Made by a program: the position numbers and the translations under genes. Shown in pieces: positions 9,296 through 17,646 of a DNA stretch of 34,233 nucleotides (positions are counted from its first letter, which is position 1; the number at the start of each line of letters is the position of its first letter). The stretch is from NCBI GenBank assembly GCA_046583315.1, contig JAYGCN010000179.1, positions 1-34,233 of the forward strand, read 5' to 3'. Source of the stretch: Candidatus Hydrogenedentota bacterium (GTDB lineage Bacteria > Hydrogenedentota > Hydrogenedentia > Hydrogenedentales > GCA-2746185). The notes below the pieces were generated by a model. That model saw only the letters and a program-made list of their open reading frames with translations. It did no database searches and was not told where the DNA came from.

Positions 9296-9304
9296 TGGTA
9301 TAGT
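9296..9304 (+). promoter_or_regulatory. Putative extended -10 promoter for the S41 protease-rph run
   Basis: TGgTATAGT in the divergent ggt/protease gap. TTGCAT lies at 9274-9279 but with a long 19-bp spacer. Confidence 0.45.
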
Positions 9305-9367
9305 AGTTGTTAATCGCAATGTCGGATCGGGCCGTGCGGCCTTATCGACCCAGGGAGAATTTTATTC

Positions 9368-10819
9368 ATGGTTCAGAAGCGAAGTAAAACCGAATTCACG
9401 ACGCTGGTCGTTTTTCTGTTTTCGGTCGTCATGGTTTTGACCAACGGGTTTGCCGGTCGAATTTTTGCGCAGAGTGAAGACGAAGTCATCTACGATCAGA
9501 TTGAACCGATAGGGGAGGTTCTTGCCGAGATTCTTGATAATTACGTCTATGAGCCCGATATGAAGAAGGTGGTTGAGGGGGCTCTGACAGGTATCATGCT
9601 CTCGCTGGACAGGAACAGTAGTTTTATTCCCGCCGACAGCTATACTTCGATGCGCGAAGATACCGAAGGGACGTTTGACGGTATCGGGGTGCAGATACGA
9701 TTCTTCCACGAATCGGACAACGTATGGGTCTACTATCCGATTCCGGGTGCCCCTGCTGCTAAGGCTGGTTTGCGCGCGAATGATTTCATTGTGGCGGTAG
9801 ATGGCGTCGAAACACAGAATGACCTTGACGCGGCGGCTCCAGACAAACGAAAAGCACTGGATCTGATTACGAAACGAATCAAGGGCCCTCGCGGGACCAC
9901 GGTAGAAATCACGGTGTCGCGCGAAGTGACGAAGGGTGAGCCGCGTGAACGCTTCACGTACCCCGTTCGTCGAGGCAAGATTCCGCTGAACAGTCTGGTT
10001 GAAGCGCGGATGTTGGATAACGGGATTGGTTATCTGCGTATCAGTGATTTCAAGAAGAATACAGCGGACGACGTAAAAGATAAGGTGCGGGAATTTGACG
10101 ACGATCATTTCTCGGCATTGATCATTGATTTGCGCTGGAATCCCGGCGGCCTACTGAATGCTTCATCGGAAATGTGTGAATTGTTCCTAGAGAAAAATTC
10201 TCTGGTTACATTCACGCGTGGTCGCGAGCAATCCGACGGTAGATTTCTGGATAACATGAAGCTCTACACGCGCAAGCATCCGATTGTACCGGAGACGATG
10301 CCGATTATCGTGTTGGTCAGTCGCGGATCGGCGAGTTCGTCGGAGATTGTTACCGGGGCGATGCAATTCTACAAGCGCGCGTTGGTCATCGGCGAAAAGA
10401 CCTTTGGCAAGGGAAGTGTGCAGACCGTGATTGGCCTGACGAATCCGCCGGGTTCGGCCATGCGCTTGACGACGGCCCTCTATTACACGCCGGCAGAAAT
10501 CACGATTGACCAGGTGGGCATTCTGCCGGACGTCGAAGTCGAGATGGATATCGATACGCAGAACAATCTGCGCATTCAGATGATTCGCTCGATGGACCCG
10601 GGTCCGGAATTTATTAACAAGCAGAATCACGGCAACGTGACGGGCAATACGGAAGGCGAAGGGGAAGACGAGCTGGTCAACGATGTCGTGCTTGACCGTG
10701 CCATCGAGCTTCTTCATTCGGAACCGAATTTTGAGAAGTTGATGGGAAAATATCACCGCGACGTTCATGAAACACAAAAAATGGCGTCCGACGAATTACG
10801 CGAACAGAAGGTAAAATAA
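9368..10819 (+). CDS. ctpA: Carboxyl-terminal processing protease (S41A family, PDZ domain)
   Basis: N-terminal TM/signal, PDZ (FDGIGV...PAAKAGL), DLRWNPGG, catalytic Ser in SASSSEI and Lys in FGKGSVQ. Confidence 0.93.
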   Translation: MVQKRSKTEFTTLVVFLFSVVMVLTNGFAGRIFAQSEDEVIYDQIEPIGEVLAEILDNYVYEPDMKKVVEGALTGIMLSLDRNSSFIPADSYTSMREDTEGTFDGIGVQIRFFHESDNVWVYYPIPGAPAAKAGLRANDFIVAVDGVETQNDLDAAAPDKRKALDLITKRIKGPRGTTVEITVSREVTKGEPRERFTYPVRRGKIPLNSLVEARMLDNGIGYLRISDFKKNTADDVKDKVREFDDDHFSALIIDLRWNPGGLLNASSEMCELFLEKNSLVTFTRGREQSDGRFLDNMKLYTRKHPIVPETMPIIVLVSRGSASSSEIVTGAMQFYKRALVIGEKTFGKGSVQTVIGLTNPPGSAMRLTTALYYTPAEITIDQVGILPDVEVEMDIDTQNNLRIQMIRSMDPGPEFINKQNHGNVTGNTEGEGEDELVNDVVLDRAIELLHSEPNFEKLMGKYHRDVHETQKMASDELREQKVK

Positions 10820-10820
10820 A

Positions 10821-11537
10821 TTGATACGAGATTCTGGACGCACCCTGGATACCATGCGCGCCGTTACCATTGAACGGGACTACATCAAGAACACGGACGG
10901 ATCGGTATTGGTCAAATTCGGCGATACCCATGTGATCTGTACGGCAACGATAGATGACCGGGTTCCACCATTTCTGGCGGGTCGAGGCGAAGGCTGGGTC
11001 ACGGCTGAATATGCGATGCTACCCGCTTCAGCATCGGGCGGTCGCATCAACCGAGGTGCCAACAAGAAAGGCCGCGCGCTGGAAATCAGTCGATTGATTG
11101 GTCGTTCGTTGCGCGCGGTGGTTGACATGAAACGGCTCGGAGAATGCCAAATCCTGATTGATTGCGACGTGATTCAGGCGGATGGCGGCACACGCACCGC
11201 TTCGATTACCGGCGCGTATGTGGCATTGTGTGATGCCATCGAGAAAGTCGTCGCTCAAAACAATCTTGATGCCTCTCCAATGATCGGACAATGTGCCGCC
11301 ATCAGTGTGGGATTCATTGAACGGAAGGGGTATCTCGATCTGTGTTATGTCGAGGACTCCGCAGCTGACGTGGATCTGAATCTGGTGATGACCAGCGATG
11401 GTTCGATCATCGAAGTACAGGGCACGGCTGAAGGTGAGGCCTTTGATCGCTCCGAATTGAACACCATGCTGGATCTGGGCGAAAAAGGCATTCGCGAACT
11501 CTTCGAGATTCAAAACGAGGTGTTGGGCCGTGTCTAA
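10821..11537 (+). CDS. rph: Ribonuclease PH
   Basis: GWVTAEYAMLP, EISRLIGRSLR, DCDVIQADGGTRTASITGA, EVQGTAEG. TTG start. Confidence 0.97.
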   Translation: MIRDSGRTLDTMRAVTIERDYIKNTDGSVLVKFGDTHVICTATIDDRVPPFLAGRGEGWVTAEYAMLPASASGGRINRGANKKGRALEISRLIGRSLRAVVDMKRLGECQILIDCDVIQADGGTRTASITGAYVALCDAIEKVVAQNNLDASPMIGQCAAISVGFIERKGYLDLCYVEDSAADVDLNLVMTSDGSIIEVQGTAEGEAFDRSELNTMLDLGEKGIRELFEIQNEVLGRV

Positions 11538-12129
11538 AGTCCTGCTCATTGGATCGGGCAATCGAGACAAACGGGCTGAATTGGAGCAACTTCTCGCGGA
11601 CTCGACATGGACAGTGAAGAGTCTTGCTGATTTCGACGCGATCGCTGAGCCGGAAGAAACCGAGGAAACCTTCGCCGAAAACGCCCTCCTGAAAGCGCAC
11701 TATTACGGCACCCATTATGGTGTCGCGTGTGTTGCGGATGACTCGGGGATTGAGGTGGATGCGCTGGGTGGTGCACCGGGTGTCTATTCGGCGCGCTATG
11801 CCGGGGAAGACTGCAGCTACGAGGATAACAATCGAAAACTTCTTGAGGCATTGGCCAAGATCGAACCCGATAAACGTGGCGCACGCTTTGTGAGTTGCGC
11901 CGCCTTCGTGGATGTTGATGGTACGGAGCACGTGGAATTGGGGACGGTATCGGGACGTATCGCACAAACCGATTCAGGTTCTCAGGGATTTGGCTACGAT
12001 CCCATATTTATTCCCGACGGCTCCGATAAAACCTTTGGCGAATTTACCAAGAAAGAAAAGGCCGCCATCAGTCACCGCGGAGAATCATTTCGGGCGATGT
12101 GTGAGTATCTTTTCAAACGTGAGGTATAA
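11530..12129 (+). CDS. rdgB: Non-canonical purine NTP pyrophosphatase (RdgB/HAM1)
   Basis: TFAENALLKA, ADDSGIEVDALGGAPGVYSARYAG, GFGYDPIF, ISHRG. Overlaps the end of rph, a common pairing. Confidence 0.96.
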   Translation: MSKVLLIGSGNRDKRAELEQLLADSTWTVKSLADFDAIAEPEETEETFAENALLKAHYYGTHYGVACVADDSGIEVDALGGAPGVYSARYAGEDCSYEDNNRKLLEALAKIEPDKRGARFVSCAAFVDVDGTEHVELGTVSGRIAQTDSGSQGFGYDPIFIPDGSDKTFGEFTKKEKAAISHRGESFRAMCEYLFKREV

Positions 12130-12133
12130 ACGC

Positions 12134-12730
12134 ATGGAGATCCTTGCGCCAGACGAAGCAGGCATCGCGCGGGCGGCGGAAGTTTTGCGGGCGGGTGAAA
12201 TCGTCGCCTACCCGACCGAATCCGTATACGGACTTGCTGTCGATCCCTTTAACGAGGCGGCGCTGGAACGTCTCTACGCGGCAAAATCCCGCGATGCCTC
12301 GAATCCCGTCCTGATGATCATTTCAGACCACTCACACCTGGACAGCCTCGTCGAAACGATAAGCGAATCCGCTCAAAAATGCATCGACGCGTTCTGGCCT
12401 GGATCCTTGTCGTTGCTGTTTCCGGGAAAGGCCGACCTCTCGGAATTGCTCGTAGGTGCGCATGAAAAGATATGTATACGGCAGACCTCCCATCCGATTG
12501 CGGCAGCATTGTCTACGGCCTTCGGAGGAGCGATCACGTCTACTTCCGCGAATCGATCGTTTGAAAAACCGGCATCGAACCCCGGTGAACTGGAACTGGA
12601 TGGCGTCAGCGTGTGTATCGATGGCGGGCGTGCGGAGAGTGCGCCTTCGACGGTGTATGACCCGGATCGCGGCGTGGTGCTTCGTGAAGGGGCCATCAGT
12701 CGGATTGATCTGCACAAGGTCAATCACTAG
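12134..12730 (+). CDS. tsaC: L-threonylcarbamoyladenylate synthase (TsaC/YrdC, no Sua5 C-terminal domain)
   Basis: VAYPTESVYGL, KxR motif, FWPG, TSTSANRS, PSTV. GAGGT RBS before the ATG at 12134. Confidence 0.93.
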   Translation: MEILAPDEAGIARAAEVLRAGEIVAYPTESVYGLAVDPFNEAALERLYAAKSRDASNPVLMIISDHSHLDSLVETISESAQKCIDAFWPGSLSLLFPGKADLSELLVGAHEKICIRQTSHPIAAALSTAFGGAITSTSANRSFEKPASNPGELELDGVSVCIDGGRAESAPSTVYDPDRGVVLREGAISRIDLHKVNH

Positions 12731-12802
12731 AAAACGCTTGTAACCAACAGCCCGGTGGCAGTACACTTTGCCCGTTATCAAAGACCAATCAGGATTCCAA
12801 CC

Positions 12803-13246
12803 ATGAATATAGCGGTAGGAAATGATCACGCCGGCTTCGACGAGCCCGCACCGTATTACAAACCGGAGATCGTGAAGTATCTCGAGTCCAGGGGCCACAC
12901 AGTCGTCAACTGCGGGTGCGACAGTGCCGATGCGGTGGATTATCCGGATATTGCGAATGCCGTGAGCGAGGCCGTGCTCGGTGATGATGCCGATACGGGT
13001 CTGCTGTTGTGCGGAACGGGTATCGGCGTGAGCATCGTGGCGAATCGGCATCCTGGAATTCGAGCCGCATTGTGTACCACGCCTGAGATGGCTCGTCTTT
13101 CGCGCGAACACAACGACTCGAACGTGCTTTGCCTCGGACGTCGGGTGCTGAGTTTGCCTGAGTGTTATGGCATTATCGACGCGTGGCTTGCGCAGGACGT
13201 CAGCGATGTTGAACGGCATCTGCGACGCATTAAGAAGATGGGTTAA
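12803..13246 (+). CDS. rpiB: Ribose-5-phosphate isomerase B
   Basis: GNDHAG, VDYPD, CGTGIG, SREHNDSNVLCLG, RHLRRI. Confidence 0.95.
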   Translation: MNIAVGNDHAGFDEPAPYYKPEIVKYLESRGHTVVNCGCDSADAVDYPDIANAVSEAVLGDDADTGLLLCGTGIGVSIVANRHPGIRAALCTTPEMARLSREHNDSNVLCLGRRVLSLPECYGIIDAWLAQDVSDVERHLRRIKKMG

Positions 13247-13272
13247 ACGAAATTACCAAACTTGGAGATTGA

Positions 13273-13641
13273 TTGATGAAAGATTCACTTGTAGTGGGCA
13301 TTGAAAACACGATGGAACATACGGTCACGGATGACATGTCGCCAGCGCATCTGCCGATGAAGGTGTTGTCGACCCCGTCGATGATACAACTCATCGAAAT
13401 GACCTGCCTTCACTGTGCGCAAGCGCATCTGGATGACGGCGAGACAACCGTCGGCACACACGTAAACGTCAGCCACCAGGGCAAAGCCATGTCCGGCGAA
13501 ACCGTCACAATCGACGTGAAACTCTCCGAAATCAACAAACGTCGGCTAACATTTGATATTAACGTAAACGCTCCATCCGGCCTTATCAGTACGGGTACGC
13601 ACCAACGCGCCGTGCTCGATTTGTCGCGTATGGGCGGGTGA
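13273..13641 (+). CDS. Hot-dog-fold thioesterase, FlK (fluoroacetyl-CoA thioesterase) family
   Basis: VLSTPSMIQLIE and TTVGTHVNVSH supply the Thr/Glu/His triad positions. C-terminal GTHQRAV. Confidence 0.88.
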   Translation: MMKDSLVVGIENTMEHTVTDDMSPAHLPMKVLSTPSMIQLIEMTCLHCAQAHLDDGETTVGTHVNVSHQGKAMSGETVTIDVKLSEINKRRLTFDINVNAPSGLISTGTHQRAVLDLSRMGG

Positions 13642-13695
13642 CAAGATTCACGTGAATTAGAGGCGGAAATAGAAACTCCAAAAGGAAACACCCTG

Positions 13696-15087
13696 GTGGA
13701 AACACTTACTCCTAAAGAAATTGTGGCTGAGTTGGACAAGTATATTGTTGGTCAGCATGAGGCGAAGCGTAAGGTGGCGATTGCGTTGCGCAATCGTTGG
13801 CGGCGTCAGCAGTTGTCGGCGGAGTTGCGTGAGGATGTGACGCCGAAGAACATTATTATGATTGGACCGACGGGTGTGGGTAAGACGGAGATTGCGCGAC
13901 GTCTCTCGAAGTTGGTGAAGGCGCCATTCGTGAAGGTGGAGGCCTCTAAGTTTACCGAGGTGGGGTATGTCGGTCGTGATTGTGAGTCGATGGTTCGCGA
14001 TCTCATGGAGACGGCCATCAATCTGGTGCGCGACGAAATGAAAAAGGCGTGTCAGGTGCAGGCGCGTGCAAACGCCCGGGTTCGCATTCTGGATGCGCTG
14101 TTGCCACCCAAGCCACGCGGTCCTGAGCGCGTTTTCAATCCGATGGACCCGAGATCCGGGGATGAAGGTCCAGCACTCAGCATTGTTGAGCCAACTCCCG
14201 AGGAGCGTACGCGCGAGATGATCGCGGCGAAACTGGACGCGGGCGAGTTGGATGATCGGGAAATCGATATTACCGTTCGTGATAACGGCCAGATGTCGAC
14301 GATGCAGATGTTTTCGAATTCGGGTCTCGAAGAAATGGGCATGAATTTTCAGGAAATGATGGGGCGCATGATGCCTCAGAAGACGAAAAGCAAGAAGGTC
14401 CGCGTTGAGGATGCTTTCGACCTGTTGGAGCAGGAGGAGCTGGATAGCCTTCTGGACATGGATAAAGTGACCGAAGAGGCCGTGTATCGTACGGAGAACT
14501 CGGGCATTATTTTCCTGGATGAGATTGACAAAATTGCGGGCAAGGGCGGCACGGGATCGGGGCCGGACATCTCGCGCGAGGGCGTGCAACGGGACATTTT
14601 GCCCATTGTCGAGGGGTCAACAGTAACGACGAAGTATGGTCCCATCCGTACCGATCACATTTTGTTCATTGCGGCCGGTGCATTTCATATTGCGAAAGTA
14701 TCCGATCTGATTCCCGAGTTGCAAGGACGATTTCCGATTCGCGTGGAACTGCACAGTCTCGGATCGGAAGATTTCGCACGAATCTTGCGTGAGCCAAAGA
14801 ACTCGTTGATTCGCCAGTATGAAGGTATGCTCAAAACGGAAGACGTGAATCTGATCATTCAGGATGACGCTATCGAAGAGATGGCCAAAGTTTGTACGGC
14901 TATCAACGATGAGACGGAGAACATCGGCGCGCGACGTCTTCACACGATTATGGAGTACCTACTCGAAGAAATTTCGTATGACGCACCGGAGAATCCGGGG
15001 GAGACGGTTACCATCGACGCGAAGTTCGTTCGTGAACGTTTGACCGACCTCATCGAAACACGCGACCTTGATCGATTCGTATTGTAG
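13696..15087 (+). CDS. hslU: ATP-dependent protease ATPase subunit HslU (ClpY)
   Basis: [17 protein letters not shown], Walker [13 protein letters not shown] pore loop, [27 protein letters not shown]-terminal DLDRFVL. Confidence 0.98.
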   Translation: METLTPKEIVAELDKYIVGQHEAKRKVAIALRNRWRRQQLSAELREDVTPKNIIMIGPTGVGKTEIARRLSKLVKAPFVKVEASKFTEVGYVGRDCESMVRDLMETAINLVRDEMKKACQVQARANARVRILDALLPPKPRGPERVFNPMDPRSGDEGPALSIVEPTPEERTREMIAAKLDAGELDDREIDITVRDNGQMSTMQMFSNSGLEEMGMNFQEMMGRMMPQKTKSKKVRVEDAFDLLEQEELDSLLDMDKVTEEAVYRTENSGIIFLDEIDKIAGKGGTGSGPDISREGVQRDILPIVEGSTVTTKYGPIRTDHILFIAAGAFHIAKVSDLIPELQGRFPIRVELHSLGSEDFARILREPKNSLIRQYEGMLKTEDVNLIIQDDAIEEMAKVCTAINDETENIGARRLHTIMEYLLEEISYDAPENPGETVTIDAKFVRERLTDLIETRDLDRFVL

Positions 15088-15108
15088 ACGGACTGGGGGA
15101 CGAACACG

Positions 15109-15756
15109 ATGCATCACTTCCCATTTCTTGAACAACATGGCGTGACCGCGTGCATGTCGGAGCGCAGTGATGGAGATGGCAGTACCCGCGCAGGATGCGA
15201 GGCCTTGTTTCCCGATTCGCGGGGAATGATTCTTCTTCACCAGGTTCACGGAACGACCCTGCTCGATTCCCTCCCGGAGAATAACGCTGCGAAGGCGGAC
15301 GGGATTCTCATCCAGGATTCGTCACGCATAGCGGGCATTCGCGTGGCAGACTGTGTGCCGATATGGATTCTGGAGCCAGAGGCGCGCGTGGGTGCACTGG
15401 TTCACGCCGGGCGTGAAGGCACGGTTCAGGGAATCGCAGGGATCGCAGTGGAACAGATTCGCACTCGATATACTGTTCAACCGGAAAATCTGGTCGCATT
15501 GGTCGGTCCGTCGGCAGGACCGTGCTGTTACGAGGTCAGTGCGGAAATGGCCCTGAATTTCGAAGAAATAGGGGGAATTCGTACTGAACGTCACCTGGAT
15601 TTGTGGTCAACCAACCGCGGTCAGCTGATGGCAGCGGGACTCTTGCCGGATTCGATAGAAATTTCGGAAATATGCACAATATGTGGGGGTCGCTTCCATT
15701 CCTATCGGGGTCATGAAACTACCGCACGAAACCTGGCAATTTTGCACATTCCTTAG
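15109..15756 (+). CDS. pgeF: YfiH/PgeF (laccase-domain, purine nucleoside phosphorylase-like) family protein
   Basis: QVHG, ADG, VADCVPI, VHAG, GPSAGPCCYEV, CT and FHSYR motifs. The N-terminus is shorter than typical. Confidence 0.88.
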   Translation: MHHFPFLEQHGVTACMSERSDGDGSTRAGCEALFPDSRGMILLHQVHGTTLLDSLPENNAAKADGILIQDSSRIAGIRVADCVPIWILEPEARVGALVHAGREGTVQGIAGIAVEQIRTRYTVQPENLVALVGPSAGPCCYEVSAEMALNFEEIGGIRTERHLDLWSTNRGQLMAAGLLPDSIEISEICTICGGRFHSYRGHETTARNLAILHIP

Positions 15757-15788
15757 CCTAAACAGCCGATGTAAAGAAGCCTTATCTC

Positions 15789-15836
15789 TTGACAGGGCAG
15801 GCGGTATTGCGTACTCTGGAGAGTGTGTGCTATAGT
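15789..15836 (+). promoter_or_regulatory. Overlapping sigma70-type promoters upstream of the rimP operon
   Basis: TTGACA(15789)-17 bp-TACTCT(15812), and TTGCGT(15807)-18 bp-TATAGT(15831) with an extended-10 TG. Confidence 0.65.
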
Positions 15837-15861
15837 ATCGGCGACTTTACGTGGTTTTACC

Positions 15862-15890
15862 GGAGAGTGGGTGCTTTGCCCACTCTTTTT
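15862..15890 (+). promoter_or_regulatory. rimP leader hairpin (terminator-like attenuator)
   Basis: AGAGTGGG-TGCTTTG-CCCACTCT stem followed by a T run, lying between the promoters and rimP. Position and the GTGGG/CCCAC core match the known rimP leader. Confidence 0.8.
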
Positions 15891-15954
15891 GCTTGGTCAG
15901 GGATATTGGTATAGACCCAATATTCTGTGTCGGCGTGTGCCTGAGGATTGAACA

Positions 15955-16410
15955 ATGGAGCAGCACGGTATTGTTCAAGACGCTTGGTCTTACCTCGAAG
16001 CGGAACTGGCTGAGCTCGGCTATGAGCTCATCGAAGTCGAGTACATGCAGGATTATGGGAACATGATTCTGCGACTCTACATTGATTCCGAGGACGGGAT
16101 CAACGTGGACAACTGCGCGGAAGCGTCGCGCATGGTTAGCGCGCTGATGGACCAGAATGACTTCGTCGGCGGGGCGTATTTGCTGGAGGTTTCGTCGCCC
16201 GGTGTTGAACGCCCGATTCGTAAGGCGACGGACTTTGAGCGGTTCATTGGCGAGCCTATTAAGGTGAAGACAGTAACATCTGTGGAAGGACGTAGGCGGT
16301 ATAAAGGAATTCTTACCGGATACGCCGACGGTTTGATAGAAATTGATGTGGATGGCACGCCGTATCGTGTTCACATCGAGAACGTGAAAAAGGCCAGACT
16401 CGATCACTAG
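15955..16410 (+). CDS. rimP: Ribosome maturation factor RimP
   Basis: LRLYID, GINVDNC, YLLEVSSPGVERP. First gene of the nusA operon. Confidence 0.96.
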   Translation: MEQHGIVQDAWSYLEAELAELGYELIEVEYMQDYGNMILRLYIDSEDGINVDNCAEASRMVSALMDQNDFVGGAYLLEVSSPGVERPIRKATDFERFIGEPIKVKTVTSVEGRRRYKGILTGYADGLIEIDVDGTPYRVHIENVKKARLDH

Positions 16411-16445
16411 ATCGTTGTCGTTACTATAGATTTAGGAGACGGAGC

Positions 16446-17603
16446 GTGGATAAAAATCTTCGAGCAATTCTCCAGCAGTTGGAGGCGGAAAAGAATATCA
16501 ACCGTGAAACGTTGATTGAGGCGATTCGTAGTGCTATCGAAAGTGCTGCACGCAAGAACATGCCTGACGTCGCCGAAATCATGGTTGATGTCGATCCTGA
16601 AAAATTGGAATTCAAGGTTTTCGAAGTGCGTGAGGTGGCCGAAGAGATCACGGATCCAACGGTGCATATCACGCTGGAAGACGCACAAGCGCTGAATCCG
16701 GAGGCGAAAGTGGGAAATCGGCTCAAGGTGGAAGCGCCTCCACAGGACTTTGGTCGCATTGCTGCACAGACGGCCAAGCAGGTCATTATTCAAAAGATTA
16801 AAGATGCCGAGCGCGACAACATATATGACGAATTCAAAAAGCGTGAAGGGGAAATGGTCACGGGAACGGTGAAGCGCCATTCGCAGGGCAATCTGATTGT
16901 CATGGTGGACAAGGCCGAGGCCATTATCCCGCCGCGCGAGCAGGCCGTACGTGAGTCGTTCCGTCCCAACGACCGTATTCGTGCGATATTGCTGTCGGTA
17001 GAAAAATCAACGCGGGGCGCCCAAATCATCCTCAGTCGCTCCACTCCGGATCTCGTTCGTGCCTTGTTCGAGATGGAAGTACCTGAAATATTTGACGATA
17101 CCATTGAAATCAAGGCCATCGCGCGTGAGGCGGGTAGTCGCACCAAAGTGGCGGTTCAATCGAACGACCCCAATGTGGATGCGGTGGGCGCGTGCGTGGG
17201 CATGAAAGGTTCGCGTGTGCGTACGGTGGTTGAAGAACTTTCGGGTGAGAAGATCGATATTGTGCGTTGGAGCGAAGATCCCGTTGAGTTGTGCGGGCAT
17301 GCGCTGAATCCTGCCGATATTCTGGATATTACGCTGGACGAAGAAGCCAAGACGGTTTCGGTTACCGTTCCACACGATCAACTTTCATTGGCGATTGGCA
17401 AGAAAGGTCAAAACGCGCGATTGGCTTCGCGTCTTATTGGCTGGAACATCGACATCATCAGTGACGGTGTAATTCCCGCGCCGCTGGCCGAGCCGACCGA
17501 GGCTGACACCTCTGAGACTTCGAAGCCTGAGGCGGAATCCCCTGAATCTCCCGAGCCGGTAGAAGCATCGAGTCCTGCGGATGATACCGCAACAACAGAA
17601 TAG
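16446..17603 (+). CDS. nusA: Transcription factor NusA (short form, acidic Pro-rich tail, no AR domains)
   Basis: FGRIAAQTAKQVI, S1 domain, AREAGSRTKVAV, GACVGMKGSRV, AIGKKGQNARLA. Confidence 0.98.
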   Translation: MDKNLRAILQQLEAEKNINRETLIEAIRSAIESAARKNMPDVAEIMVDVDPEKLEFKVFEVREVAEEITDPTVHITLEDAQALNPEAKVGNRLKVEAPPQDFGRIAAQTAKQVIIQKIKDAERDNIYDEFKKREGEMVTGTVKRHSQGNLIVMVDKAEAIIPPREQAVRESFRPNDRIRAILLSVEKSTRGAQIILSRSTPDLVRALFEMEVPEIFDDTIEIKAIAREAGSRTKVAVQSNDPNVDAVGACVGMKGSRVRTVVEELSGEKIDIVRWSEDPVELCGHALNPADILDITLDEEAKTVSVTVPHDQLSLAIGKKGQNARLASRLIGWNIDIISDGVIPAPLAEPTEADTSETSKPEAESPESPEPVEASSPADDTATTE

Positions 17604-17646
17604 ATAACACACATTTAACTGATTATTCAGTAGCTGGAGGAAGTAC

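Noticed and set aside
11912..12133. Extended N-terminus of tsaC overlapping rdgB, suggesting a frameshift fusion
   Set aside because: rdgB ends normally and tsaC has its own RBS and ATG at 12134.
9362..14589. Long antisense ORFs (9362-10108, 12332-13219, 13657-14589 and similar ones opposite infB and the adaptor gene)
   Set aside because: They are shadows of well-conserved sense genes and show no recognisable motifs.
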